From IMG/VR virus record IMGVR_UViG_3300046367_000054: 64,000 nucleotides of DNA. One strand, written 5' to 3'. Shown here one piece after another: positions 9,515-18,787 of this stretch (position 1 is the stretch's first letter; the number at the start of each line of letters is the position of its first letter). The notes below the pieces were generated by a model. It was not told where the DNA came from and ran no database searches. It saw only the letters and a list, made by a program, of their open reading frames with translations. Both the position numbers and the translations under genes were made by a program. This DNA comes from an uncultured virus (IMG/VR IMGVR_UViG_3300046367_000054). Its lineage: Duplodnaviria > Heunggongvirae > Uroviricota > Caudoviricetes > Crassvirales.

Positions 9515-9582
9515 TTTTCACAAACATACTATAACCAAACGCGCGAAGCCAAGCGCAATTTATAAAATTGGTACTAAAAAAA

Positions 9583-10221
9583 ATGAAAACTTTAAATTTA
9601 TTAACACAAGCAAAACAAAACACTAAAAAAATTGAAAGCCTTTCAAAAAAAGCTATTGCGAAAAGTTTGAAAGAAGCAAAACAATTTCAAGCGGCACAAA
9701 CTAAGGCGAAAAAAAGCGAAAAACAAATAGAAGCGGACAAAATCAAACTTTCATGGCTTAACGATACACAAAGCAAAACGGCGCTAGAAAAGTACGTAAA
9801 AGATAACAAAGAAAAGTTTTCTAAATTCTTAAGTACTACAAACGAATTGAATAATTCAAATATATCTATTAATCAAATTAATAAACAACTATTTAAATTT
9901 GGTTATTTGCACGAATTAAACAAATTAGATTTTGAAGGTAATATCATCGAAGCAAAATCATTTTTTAATATAGCCTATTTTGTAGTAAATAACAATAGTT
10001 TGCTAAATAGATTCGCAAAATATCAAAACGTTACAAATAGCGCATTCATTCAAGCATCCGAAAAGTCAACGGAAAACTATTTAGATAGTAAATTTTTGAA
10101 AGTTATAAAAGATGTGCAATTGAAAGGCGCAAAAAAATTAGATGTAAAGAATATTTTAGAAGATATTGAAATAGGTCGCAACAAAAAAGCGGAATTATTG
10201 AAAAAATTAGTTTCTGAATAA
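9583..10221 (+). CDS. Early basic hypothetical protein
   Basis: ATG after an A-run; begins MKTL like the previous gene. Confidence 0.6.
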   Translation: MKTLNLLTQAKQNTKKIESLSKKAIAKSLKEAKQFQAAQTKAKKSEKQIEADKIKLSWLNDTQSKTALEKYVKDNKEKFSKFLSTTNELNNSNISINQINKQLFKFGYLHELNKLDFEGNIIEAKSFFNIAYFVVNNNSLLNRFAKYQNVTNSAFIQASEKSTENYLDSKFLKVIKDVQLKGAKKLDVKNILEDIEIGRNKKAELLKKLVSE

Positions 10222-10246
10222 TACTATTTAGATTGATTCTAAATAA

Positions 10247-10293
10247 GGCGTAAAAGATAAAGTCTTTTTATTGGTTCGCTACCAATTACGCCA
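10247..10293 (+). ncRNA. Minimal tRNA-like element 1
   Basis: GGCGTA/TACGCC stem, one small hairpin, ATTGG-TTCGCTA-CCAAT T-arm, 3' ACA. Confidence 0.5.
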
Positions 10294-10784
10294 CAAAATA
10301 AGCCTTGAAAGTAGGCTTTAAAATCAACTTTCTTTTATTGGTTTTCTTTCTATTGTTTTGCAATAGTTTTATAGTTGTGTTTTGCACAATTCGAAAATCA
10401 TTGAAATGTATCTTTGAAATTCTGAAAAAAAAATAATTGCACTAATGTAGAAAATTAGTGTATACCAAAAGGTATTTTAAGCCTTTGCGCCCGTCTATTG
10501 GTGCATAAAATTACGTCTTTGTTTTTATTAATTTCAAAGAGAATTATTATAAAATTGCTTTTTAAAAAGTATGTTTATAGTAATAGGACTATCTAAGGGA
10601 AATTCGCAATGATAGTATATAAGGGAACGTGTATAGATAAACGTGTGTGTCCTTTGTATAGAAACGCCAAAAATCAACGGGTAAAGATTATTAAAAATAT
10701 TATTCACAATCACGCACTTATATAGGTGCAAATTTTATAATTTAATTAGTCACTATTATTAATTTAGTAGTGACTTTTTATATA

Positions 10785-10824
10785 GGTAGGTATGGTAAAT
10801 TGGGGTTCGATTCCCCGCCTACCA
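10785..10824 (+). ncRNA. Minimal tRNA-like element 2
   Basis: GGTAGG/CCTACC stem, TGGGG-TTCGATT-CCCCG T-arm, short GG-containing linker, 3' ACA. Confidence 0.55.
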
Positions 10825-10862
10825 CAATGCAACGAAGCAGGATTTTAAAACCAATTAAAACA

Positions 10863-11048
10863 ATGGAAGAACAAAAAACAATTGAGATGTTGCGTGAAAT
10901 AGTAGAGCAACAAAACAAGGCTTTAGTGTCGGTAAGAGTGTATATAGAAGATATGCACGAATTACAAAAACTACAAAAAGAGTATTCAGAAGTACTCGAA
11001 GAACAAGTAAAATATTATCAATTATTAAAATTATCATTATGGAATTAG
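10863..11048 (+). CDS. Early coiled-coil protein (start MEEQK)
   Basis: ATG after an A-rich leader. Confidence 0.55.
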   Translation: MEEQKTIEMLREIVEQQNKALVSVRVYIEDMHELQKLQKEYSEVLEEQVKYYQLLKLSLWN

Positions 11049-11236
11049 CACCACAAATTTTGTTGTATAGTTTCGCTGTTATGTTTGTAGCATGTGCGGC
11101 TATAGTTTTGTATTCACAAAGTCTATTTCACTTTAACAAGTATAGAGTAAAGACTTTTGCGGAGAATTTTTTAATAGTATTCTCTTTTTACACTGCTTTG
11201 ACAGTGTTTTTGTATGTAATATTTGAATTAATCTAA
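11039..11236 (+). CDS. Small membrane protein with two TM segments
   Basis: Two hydrophobic segments. Confidence 0.55.
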   Translation: MELAPQILLYSFAVMFVACAAIVLYSQSLFHFNKYRVKTFAENFLIVFSFYTALTVFLYVIFELI

Positions 11237-11253
11237 AAAAAAAACTTAAAATC

Positions 11254-11352
11254 ATGAAAAAATTAGCAAGAATGTTCGAAAAATTTTACGATTATATGTC
11301 TAACCTTATAGGAGGAGGTAAAAGTTATGCACCAAAAGAAACAAAATGGTAA
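11254..11352 (+). CDS. Small peptide, 32 aa (MKKLARMFEKFYDYMSNLIGGG...)
   Basis: Translated by hand; fills the gap; A-rich leader. Confidence 0.45.
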   Translation: MKKLARMFEKFYDYMSNLIGGGKSYAPKETKW

Positions 11353-11356
11353 TGTT

Positions 11357-11563
11357 ATGAGAAGAAGAATTAACATAAGAGTAAATGTACAGGAGTACAT
11401 AGATTTTAGTAACGCAGAAAAAGATCGTAGACGAATTGTTTTTACCGATGCTATACAAAGTATCGTAAAAGAGAAAAACGTTCGTTACAACGAAGCTAAA
11501 TCGATTCTAACCGCTAAGCTAAAGATAGATATAATGCGTAGATGTATGCAAATGGTATCTTAG
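11357..11563 (+). CDS. Hypothetical protein, likely paralogue of 14809-15012
   Basis: Shared N(E/D)AK...LKID pattern. Confidence 0.55.
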   Translation: MRRRINIRVNVQEYIDFSNAEKDRRRIVFTDAIQSIVKEKNVRYNEAKSILTAKLKIDIMRRCMQMVS

Positions 11564-11642
11564 GTATTAAAGAAAAGTTATATAGGGTATTAAAGAAAAG
11601 TTTAAAGATAATATTAATTATATATATATATAAATATATATA
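11562..11642 (+). repeat. Iteron-like module, copy 2
   Basis: TATTAAAGAAAAGTT at 11565 and 11588 (23-bp spacing), followed by the same AT tract. Confidence 0.9.
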
Positions 11643-11944
11643 TGCAAAACCAATTAAAAATGTATAAAATAGTTCAGAAATTAGAATTAAAAGAAATTCC
11701 ATTAAGTAATATAACAAACGATTGCATAATTGGTATTGAATGGAGTAGTAACCACAAATGTAAGGTTATAACTATAGATTCAAATACTTATGCGTCAATT
11801 ACCCTAAAAGACACTGACTTGAGGGCAAAATGGACAGCAAGTAGTGTAGAAAGTTATGTTAAGTCATCATTAGAGCAAGGAAATCACGTAAATGCTTATA
11901 AGTTTGACTCCGAAGAGGAATTATTAGAATGGTTATTAAAATAA
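11642..11944 (+). CDS. Hypothetical protein
   Basis: 100-aa ORF. Confidence 0.55.
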   Translation: MQNQLKMYKIVQKLELKEIPLSNITNDCIIGIEWSSNHKCKVITIDSNTYASITLKDTDLRAKWTASSVESYVKSSLEQGNHVNAYKFDSEEELLEWLLK

Positions 11945-11971
11945 AATAAAAACAATTAAATAAAAAAAAAG

Positions 11972-13033
11972 ATGAGAAAATTTGAATTACAATTAATAGA
12001 TGTTTTAAGAATCCAATCTTATAGTGGAGATTTCAAACACATGAGTAGGTTTATTTGTAAAAAGATTAATAAAATGGGTCTTACTTATACAAAAGACAGA
12101 ATGGGCAACATATACGTTGTCAAGGGCGATAGCGATGTATATCCTACAATGGTATGCCACATTGATACGGTGCACCTATTCGATAAAAACTACCAAGTTC
12201 ATCAAGCGGGGCGTAATATATTCGCAGTAAATAAAATCAATTGCGACAAGATGGGCGTAGGTGGTGATGACAAAGTAGGGGTATTTATGACACTTAAGAT
12301 GTTAGAAGAGCGTGATGTTTTCAAGGCTGCTTTCTTTGTAGATGAGGAGATAGGTTGTGTAGGCAGTAGAGCTTGTGACTTCGACTTCTTTTATAATAGT
12401 TCTTTGGTATTAGAATGTGACAGAAAAGGTGCGTATGACTTTGTAAATAGTATTAGTGGTACTAAATTGTATTCACGTGAGTTTTCAGAGGCTATAAAAC
12501 CAATTCTATTCAACTATGGTAGGACTGAGGTATCGGGAGGTATGACAGATGTATTAGAGATTGCATATAAAACAAAGATATGTGTAGCAAATATGTCTTG
12601 TGGGTATTACCATCCTCATTCAGATGATGAGTTTGTTAATATAGACGATGTATTCATGACTTACAATATGTGTAACGACATATATGATAAGTTAGGTTTT
12701 GACTTATGGAGAGTTAGTGAAGATAGAAATGAGTATGATTATTATAGTGGCTATGGTTATAGTAGTTATGGTACTGGTGGATATGCTAAGACGTTTGGCA
12801 ATCGTTCACAGTCATACCTACCTGCAAAAGAAGATGACTTCGATTTCGATGATTGGAATAAGTCGTTCGAGGTAGAGTCTGAAAGAGGTGTTAGCGATAA
12901 TTTAGAGTGCGCATTTTGTGGTGGTTTACATACTGAATTTGACGAGTACAATAGAGATGTGTATTGTCACGATTGTGGTACGTTTATGACTGAATCAGAG
13001 TATTTAAATTACATAGAAACTTTAGCAAAATAA
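11972..13033 (+). CDS. Zn-dependent peptidase (M20/M28-like) with a C-terminal Zn ribbon
   Basis: HIDTVH, GGDDKVG, DEEIGCVGS, ECDRKG, GYYHPH; CxxC...CxxC. Confidence 0.75.
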   Translation: MRKFELQLIDVLRIQSYSGDFKHMSRFICKKINKMGLTYTKDRMGNIYVVKGDSDVYPTMVCHIDTVHLFDKNYQVHQAGRNIFAVNKINCDKMGVGGDDKVGVFMTLKMLEERDVFKAAFFVDEEIGCVGSRACDFDFFYNSSLVLECDRKGAYDFVNSISGTKLYSREFSEAIKPILFNYGRTEVSGGMTDVLEIAYKTKICVANMSCGYYHPHSDDEFVNIDDVFMTYNMCNDIYDKLGFDLWRVSEDRNEYDYYSGYGYSSYGTGGYAKTFGNRSQSYLPAKEDDFDFDDWNKSFEVESERGVSDNLECAFCGGLHTEFDEYNRDVYCHDCGTFMTESEYLNYIETLAK

Positions 13034-13055
13034 CATAACATAAAATAATATAACC

Positions 13056-14816
13056 ATGGAAATTAAATTCAATATAATCAACATATCAGAAATCTTATCA
13101 CAACTTGGCAAAGATGAGGAGAGCGCTGCTCTTGACAAATTAATATCTGGAGATACTAGATGGGAAATCAATAGTGCTTATTCTTTTAGAAGATGCATAG
13201 ATAGTTTTTTAGACTATGTAAATATAAATGGAAATACTCTAGAGTATGAGTTTATGCGTAACTACAGAAATGATAAGTTATACGAAGAAAAGTTTTATGA
13301 TAAGCATTCAGACTCTTTAGATGTTATTTATTGTTTAGAAAATGCTAAGTCACAAACTATGATGATGGCTATGATTGATACAGCAAGAGTTGATTTTGAT
13401 AAGAAACTTGTATCAGATAGATTCTTGTATAAAATTCACAACATATTACAACGCACATCATTTGACAATCCAAGCGAGGCTAGATTGTTTGACTTAGAAT
13501 GGTATTACAGACTATCAATGTGCAACTTCTCAAAAGTATTTGATAGAAACTTCGACGCAAAAGAATGTGATGAGGATTTTGAGATTAGTTATATACCAAA
13601 AGGTAAAGCTACTGTGATTGGAGATAGTGGTAAATGGAGCAAAACCAATAGAATAAATGCTAAGTTCGTTAGAGGTATTAAAAAGATGCCATTCAGATAC
13701 AAGTATTCTAATAGGTTTTATGAGCAACTAAACAATGCGGTAGTGGCTTCTTATATTACTAAAATAGAGTTCAAAGTTGTATCGGGTGACGATATAGTTA
13801 AGTATTACGATGAGCGTAACTATGCCAATGAAGAAACTGCATCACTAGGTGGTAGCTGTATGCGATACGACCATTGCTCTGGGTATATACGATTCTATGC
13901 AGCTAATGAGAGTGTAGTTAAGTTAGTAGTAGCTTTAAACGATGATGATAAAGTAGTAGGTCGTGCATTGTTATGGAATACCAATTGTGGTACTGCTGTG
14001 ATGGATAGAATCTATGGTACAGATGTAACTATTGAGAAGTTCAAGAGATATGCAATAGATAATGGATATGTGCACAAAGAGAATCAATCTTACAATGACA
14101 ATGATTCATGGGTTAATACCGATGGGTGTTTCTCTGACGAGTATAGAATAACCGTTAAGAATATACGTAGTATGCCTTATATGGATACATTCAAGTATAC
14201 AGACGACATTGATTCAGATACTATGGTACTTACAAATGGTAGTGGAAGTTATGAGTTCACAGATACTGATGGTTCTCAAGAAATGTTCGAGGGTAATGAA
14301 GATGACTATGTTTATTGTGCTAGAAGTGATGACAGAATCCATATAGATGATGCTTGTTGGGTTGAGAGTCAAAGCGAGTATTACAGAGCTGAGTATTGTG
14401 TATTTGCAGAGAACTCAGGACGTGATGAGTTAAAAGAAGATTGTGTTTACCTAGAGTATAAAGGTTTTTGGGTTGACGAAGATGCTGACACTACATACAT
14501 CGATTGTGAGGAGTCTAGAAGATACGAAGAATATGTTTATATGGATGATGCTTGTTACCTTATTGACGGTACTCATTGTTTAAATGACGAGGCATACTTC
14601 AACGACTTAGACGGTGAGTATTGGTTTATAGATGGTGATGAGGTTAATGTTAAATACTTCACTAACAATAACGAGGTAAACGTTTCAGTATTCACTAATT
14701 GGTATACTAATGATGACTTAGTAGAGGCTATTAAGAGCACTACTACTGATGAATTGATTGAAGTAATCAAAGACGGAGAAGTAATATATAAAATGGAGGA
14801 AGTTATTAATGAATAA
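13056..14816 (+). CDS. Large early protein with an SCM motif and acidic Cys/aromatic C-terminal repeats
   Basis: GSCMRY, VGRALLW, MDRIYG, PYMDTF; repeated DAC-like units. Confidence 0.65.
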   Translation: MEIKFNIINISEILSQLGKDEESAALDKLISGDTRWEINSAYSFRRCIDSFLDYVNINGNTLEYEFMRNYRNDKLYEEKFYDKHSDSLDVIYCLENAKSQTMMMAMIDTARVDFDKKLVSDRFLYKIHNILQRTSFDNPSEARLFDLEWYYRLSMCNFSKVFDRNFDAKECDEDFEISYIPKGKATVIGDSGKWSKTNRINAKFVRGIKKMPFRYKYSNRFYEQLNNAVVASYITKIEFKVVSGDDIVKYYDERNYANEETASLGGSCMRYDHCSGYIRFYAANESVVKLVVALNDDDKVVGRALLWNTNCGTAVMDRIYGTDVTIEKFKRYAIDNGYVHKENQSYNDNDSWVNTDGCFSDEYRITVKNIRSMPYMDTFKYTDDIDSDTMVLTNGSGSYEFTDTDGSQEMFEGNEDDYVYCARSDDRIHIDDACWVESQSEYYRAEYCVFAENSGRDELKEDCVYLEYKGFWVDEDADTTYIDCEESRRYEEYVYMDDACYLIDGTHCLNDEAYFNDLDGEYWFIDGDEVNVKYFTNNNEVNVSVFTNWYTNDDLVEAIKSTTTDELIEVIKDGEVIYKMEEVINE

Positions 14817-15012
14817 AAGAAGAAGAAGAACGAACAGACTTTGCATCGCATTAGAGGTTATGAAGATTGACAAAAACCATTATGAAGAAATCAATCAGAT
14901 AAGAAAGATTCAATTAGAGTTGAACCTAACCTTTAACGATGCAAAGATTGTTTATAAAGAGAGATTAAAAATAGATAGTATAGAGGATTTAATATTTAAT
15001 TCACAATCATAA
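14809..15012 (+). CDS. Hypothetical protein
   Basis: Coupled ORF; likely paralogue of 11357-11563. Confidence 0.55.
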   Translation: MNKRRRRTNRLCIALEVMKIDKNHYEEINQIRKIQLELNLTFNDAKIVYKERLKIDSIEDLIFNSQS

Positions 15013-15016
15013 AAAA

Positions 15017-15268
15017 ATGGACAAAATAAAAGTAGAATATTGGAACTCAAAATGGAAAGGAGCTCCATCAGAACTATTGAGAGTTGAAGAATGGGACAAT
15101 AACACAGAGTCTTTCATTAAGTTTTACGACTTAAATAATCGATTAAAGTATTGCAATGGCACTCATTACACTTTTGTTGATGACGAAGTGAGAGATAGGT
15201 ATGTTAAAGACTTCTTTCCAAAACACAATACAATATCTAATTATTACAAAGGAGGAATTGTAGATTAA
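15017..15268 (+). CDS. Hypothetical protein
   Basis: 83-aa ORF in the operon. Confidence 0.6.
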   Translation: MDKIKVEYWNSKWKGAPSELLRVEEWDNNTESFIKFYDLNNRLKYCNGTHYTFVDDEVRDRYVKDFFPKHNTISNYYKGGIVD

Positions 15269-15288
15269 TCAATTAATAAAAACAAAAA

Positions 15289-15867
15289 ATGAGCACACAT
15301 AATATAACAAAACAGCAAATAATGCAACTATCCAAAGATTCTTTGGCTAGCAAAGTAAAGTTAAAACAATGGTTCCCTGACTTATTTGTAACAGAGGCAC
15401 CAGTATTAGAGCAAAGAGCAAATTTAGTTTCTTCAGGCGTAAATATATCTACAAATGAGTGGAGCGGAGATGGTTGGTATCTTGGTAGCTTTGAAAGTAG
15501 TGTTTCAAATTCAGAGATATTAGCTTATAAAAAGACCGAAGACCAAGTTGTTGGAGTTGGATTTTTTGGTGAAACATTTGGAGAGGATTGGACTTATCAA
15601 AGCATAAGTAACTTTAAAAGAGTAAGTAATGAATTTGTAAAGCCTTACTTATTAAATTACTTTGCTAGATTCACGCTAGAAACAACAATACCTGTTCGAG
15701 GAGTTGGAAGTGAAGATAGATTAATGAGTAGAATTAGTGAATGGTCTTATTACGAAGATGCATTAGACAGATGTTCTATGTATTCTATGCCAGAGGGGCA
15801 AGGAGGAATGCTAATGTATCAAGATGGAGAGTTTGCAAAGATTGATTATTCACAAATACAATTCTAA
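15289..15867 (+). CDS. Hypothetical protein
   Basis: 192-aa ORF. Confidence 0.6.
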   Translation: MSTHNITKQQIMQLSKDSLASKVKLKQWFPDLFVTEAPVLEQRANLVSSGVNISTNEWSGDGWYLGSFESSVSNSEILAYKKTEDQVVGVGFFGETFGEDWTYQSISNFKRVSNEFVKPYLLNYFARFTLETTIPVRGVGSEDRLMSRISEWSYYEDALDRCSMYSMPEGQGGMLMYQDGEFAKIDYSQIQF

Positions 15868-16011
15868 TGGAGAAATTAATATATATGGCTAGTACATTGA
15901 ACATGATGCCAAGGGAAGAAATAGTTTCTTTAATACCACAAGGGGAGATAAAGAAACTAGAAAATGATACAGAGTATTTAGTAATTAGTAACGATTCAAA
16001 ATCATCAGAAA

Positions 16012-16248
16012 ATGAAAGTAATTAACGGAAGATGGGTTAATGATAATGGAGATCCATTAACAACGCCACAAGAACACATTGAATTTCAAGACACTTTAAG
16101 TAGAGTAAAATTATTCTCAAGAGGTAGAAGACTGACAACCAACAAAGTACACTTGTTATTTAAAATACTTAGCACAAAACAAGAGGTAGACGATGCTTTA
16201 ACTAGTGTATTGTCTATGGATATTAACCAAATAAAAAGACTTTTTTAA
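16012..16248 (+). CDS. Hypothetical protein
   Basis: 78-aa ORF. Confidence 0.55.
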   Translation: MKVINGRWVNDNGDPLTTPQEHIEFQDTLSRVKLFSRGRRLTTNKVHLLFKILSTKQEVDDALTSVLSMDINQIKRLF

Positions 16249-16249
16249 T

Positions 16250-16489
16250 ATGAGTATAGTAAGTGATTGCTGTGGAGCTACCGAATGGGTAGAGGGTACT
16301 GGTATATGTGGAGCTTGTAAAGAACACGCTGACTTTGAAGATGACACACTTATAATTGAAAGGCTAAATTTAACCGAAGAAGAAGTGTATAAAATAGTAT
16401 TAGAGTGGTACACTAATGGAATGTGTAAAGATATATTTCAAAACGAAAATGGTGAAGATTTAGAAGAATACTTAGAAGATTATTTATAA
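16250..16489 (+). CDS. Zn-finger protein
   Basis: SDCCGA...CGACKEH. Confidence 0.6.
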   Translation: MSIVSDCCGATEWVEGTGICGACKEHADFEDDTLIIERLNLTEEEVYKIVLEWYTNGMCKDIFQNENGEDLEEYLEDYL

Positions 16490-16501
16490 AAAAACAAATA
16501 G

Positions 16502-16906
16502 ATGAATAAAGAAAAAATAGTTTACGAGAAAATGCTTGAGTATAAGCTACCTATTTTTAAATTCGGTAGTAATCATTGCATGTTCTTCTCAGGATTTAAG
16601 TTTGAGAAAGATGTTAGTGGTGATGTAGATATCTATAGGTGCTACACAACTAGAAAAACTATCTATAGAAAACTAACAGACGAAGACATGGATTATATAC
16701 TAAAACATGGGGTGTTTCAAGCATCAGCTAGAGATAGTTACAGGTCGTATGATGTATTGTTTAAGAGATACGGTACTGTTCTTACAAATAAAAAGTCTAG
16801 TAAGAAGATGATAGACAAAGCTAATAAAATATTAGAAGAATACTCTAAAAGATGTAAGAGTATTATAGACAGATACCCATCTTTAGAAAAAGAATTGTCA
16901 ATATAA
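16502..16906 (+). CDS. Hypothetical protein
   Basis: 134-aa ORF. Confidence 0.6.
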   Translation: MNKEKIVYEKMLEYKLPIFKFGSNHCMFFSGFKFEKDVSGDVDIYRCYTTRKTIYRKLTDEDMDYILKHGVFQASARDSYRSYDVLFKRYGTVLTNKKSSKKMIDKANKILEEYSKRCKSIIDRYPSLEKELSI

Positions 16907-16959
16907 TTTGCTTTTGATAATTATAAACACTAATTTTGAACTTTAAATTTAATTAAATT

Positions 16960-17505
16960 ATGGCTGTAGAAAAAACACCAAAGACAATTTCACTAGCACA
17001 GAAACTAAGTGAGATTCAGATTCGTTTCAAGGCGAACAAAAGTAGATACAATGCGTTTGCAAAGTATAACTTCAGAAGTGCAGAGGATATTCTAGAGGGT
17101 TTAAAACCTTTCAATGCTGAGTACAATGTATACTTCACAATATCAGAGATGCTAATCAATCACGATTCACCAATCATTGAGAGTGTTGCTACAATACACG
17201 ATGTAGATAGTGATGCTGTAATCAAATCATCAGCAATAGTAGGTGTAGATTTGATGCAGAAAGGTATGGCTGTACCTCAGCAGTTTGGTAGCGCATCATC
17301 TTACGCTAAGAAGTACGCACTAGGTAATCTATTACTTATTGACGACACACAAGATGCAGATGCAACTAATGACCACAAGAAACAATCTATCAGTAAAGAT
17401 AGGTTTGACAAGGCTTTAAAGTCTATTAACGAGGGTAAGTATTCTAAAGAGGCTTTGATTGGTGCATTTGAATTGACACCTGACCAACTAAAACAATTGA
17501 CATAG
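16960..17505 (+). CDS. erf: ERF-family ssDNA-annealing protein
   Basis: YNFRSAEDIL and GSASSYAKKYALGNLLLIDDTQDAD ERF signature. Confidence 0.85.
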   Translation: MAVEKTPKTISLAQKLSEIQIRFKANKSRYNAFAKYNFRSAEDILEGLKPFNAEYNVYFTISEMLINHDSPIIESVATIHDVDSDAVIKSSAIVGVDLMQKGMAVPQQFGSASSYAKKYALGNLLLIDDTQDADATNDHKKQSISKDRFDKALKSINEGKYSKEALIGAFELTPDQLKQLT

Positions 17506-17564
17506 TATGAAACAACTTGTAACATTCGTAGCGTTTTTATTAATGATGATAATAGTAGTAGTAA

Positions 17565-18236
17565 ATGGATAAACAATTTAAGATGAGATGCTCCGCACTA
17601 GGAGCTCTCTTCACTGAACCACGATCGAAGTCTGAGACCATATCAGCAACACTAAAGACACATCTAAGTAATTGGTATCTAGAGAAAACATTCGGTGTTA
17701 GAACGGATATATCTTCTAAATATACAGACAAAGGTTTGCAGTTAGAAGATGAGGCTATTAGGGCATACAACACTGTGTTCAAAACCAATCATGTCAAGAA
17801 TGACGAGTTCTTTGAGGATGATTACATTCAAGGGACACCTGACTTAATTTCTGATGACGAGGTATTAGATATAAAATGTAGCTTTTCTTTGTCTAGCTTT
17901 CCTCTATTAGAGAAAAAGATTACTAACAAGAATTATATTTGTCAGTTGCAAGGGTACATGAGATTAACTGGTAAGAAAAAAGCCAAGTTAGTATACGTAC
18001 TACTAGATACGCCTGAGGATATTATTGTTCGTGAGGCTAAGAGTATTATGTATAAAGAGAAATTGCCTGACGACTTCTTAGATGTACTTATAGAGGAAGT
18101 TAGAGAGTCTCAAACATACTCTCATATACCATTAGAGAATCGTATCAAAGTGTTTGAATTAGATAGAGATGAGGAGATGATAAATCTAATCAATGAGAAA
18201 GTAATTAAGTGTAGAGAATTTATAAGAACTATTTAG
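17565..18236 (+). CDS. YqaJ/lambda-exonuclease-like nuclease
   Basis: GxxxE, GTPD, DIKC, YxxQLQGYM motifs; next to ERF. Confidence 0.8.
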   Translation: MDKQFKMRCSALGALFTEPRSKSETISATLKTHLSNWYLEKTFGVRTDISSKYTDKGLQLEDEAIRAYNTVFKTNHVKNDEFFEDDYIQGTPDLISDDEVLDIKCSFSLSSFPLLEKKITNKNYICQLQGYMRLTGKKKAKLVYVLLDTPEDIIVREAKSIMYKEKLPDDFLDVLIEEVRESQTYSHIPLENRIKVFELDRDEEMINLINEKVIKCREFIRTI

Positions 18237-18374
18237 TATGAATAAATATTTATATTATTTGTTAATTATTTTCGTAATTGTCTTGCTAGTTATTTAATAA
18301 CTATATACATTTGCATCCGTTAAAAAGAGATACGGAAATAAAATCTCTTAGAAATTAAATTAAATAAATAAATT

Positions 18375-18713
18375 ATGGGAAGTATAAGTGCTGTCTACAT
18401 GAAGAAAGAAAGTTTAGAAACTTTATTAAAAGGTATTAATGCAAAAAATCTTAATGGAATTGAACTAACAATTTCTATTAATGATGAATCAAAAGTATTC
18501 TCTGGAGCTAAAGGAGATACTTTTCAAAACCTATCTATGTATGTATCTCAAAGCGAAGAAGATAGAAAAGCTAAGAAAGACAAATTCTATGTGGGTAACG
18601 GAAGAGTTAAATGGACCGATGGAAAGATTGTTGTAGGTGGAGATTCACAATCACAATCTGCTCCTACTCAAGCATCAAAAGTACAAGAAGTAGTAGACGA
18701 TTTGCCTTTCTAG
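18375..18713 (+). CDS. Putative single-stranded DNA-binding protein
   Basis: Acidic DDLPF C-terminus; YVGNG motif; promoter box at 18306-18313. Confidence 0.6.
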   Translation: MGSISAVYMKKESLETLLKGINAKNLNGIELTISINDESKVFSGAKGDTFQNLSMYVSQSEEDRKAKKDKFYVGNGRVKWTDGKIVVGGDSQSQSAPTQASKVQEVVDDLPF

Positions 18714-18739
18714 GACTCAATTACTAAACACACAACTAT

Positions 18740-18773
18740 AACCACCTATTGATTATTCTTTAGGTGGTTTTTT
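18740..18773 (+). terminator. Rho-independent terminator
   Basis: AACCACCTA...TAGGTGGTT followed by a T-run. Confidence 0.7.
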
Positions 18774-18787
18774 AACCCCTAAACTTA

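Noticed and set aside
10770..10862. GTG-start N-terminal extension of ORF 10770-11048
   Set aside because: It overlaps the tRNA-like element; the ATG at 10863 with an A-rich leader is a better start
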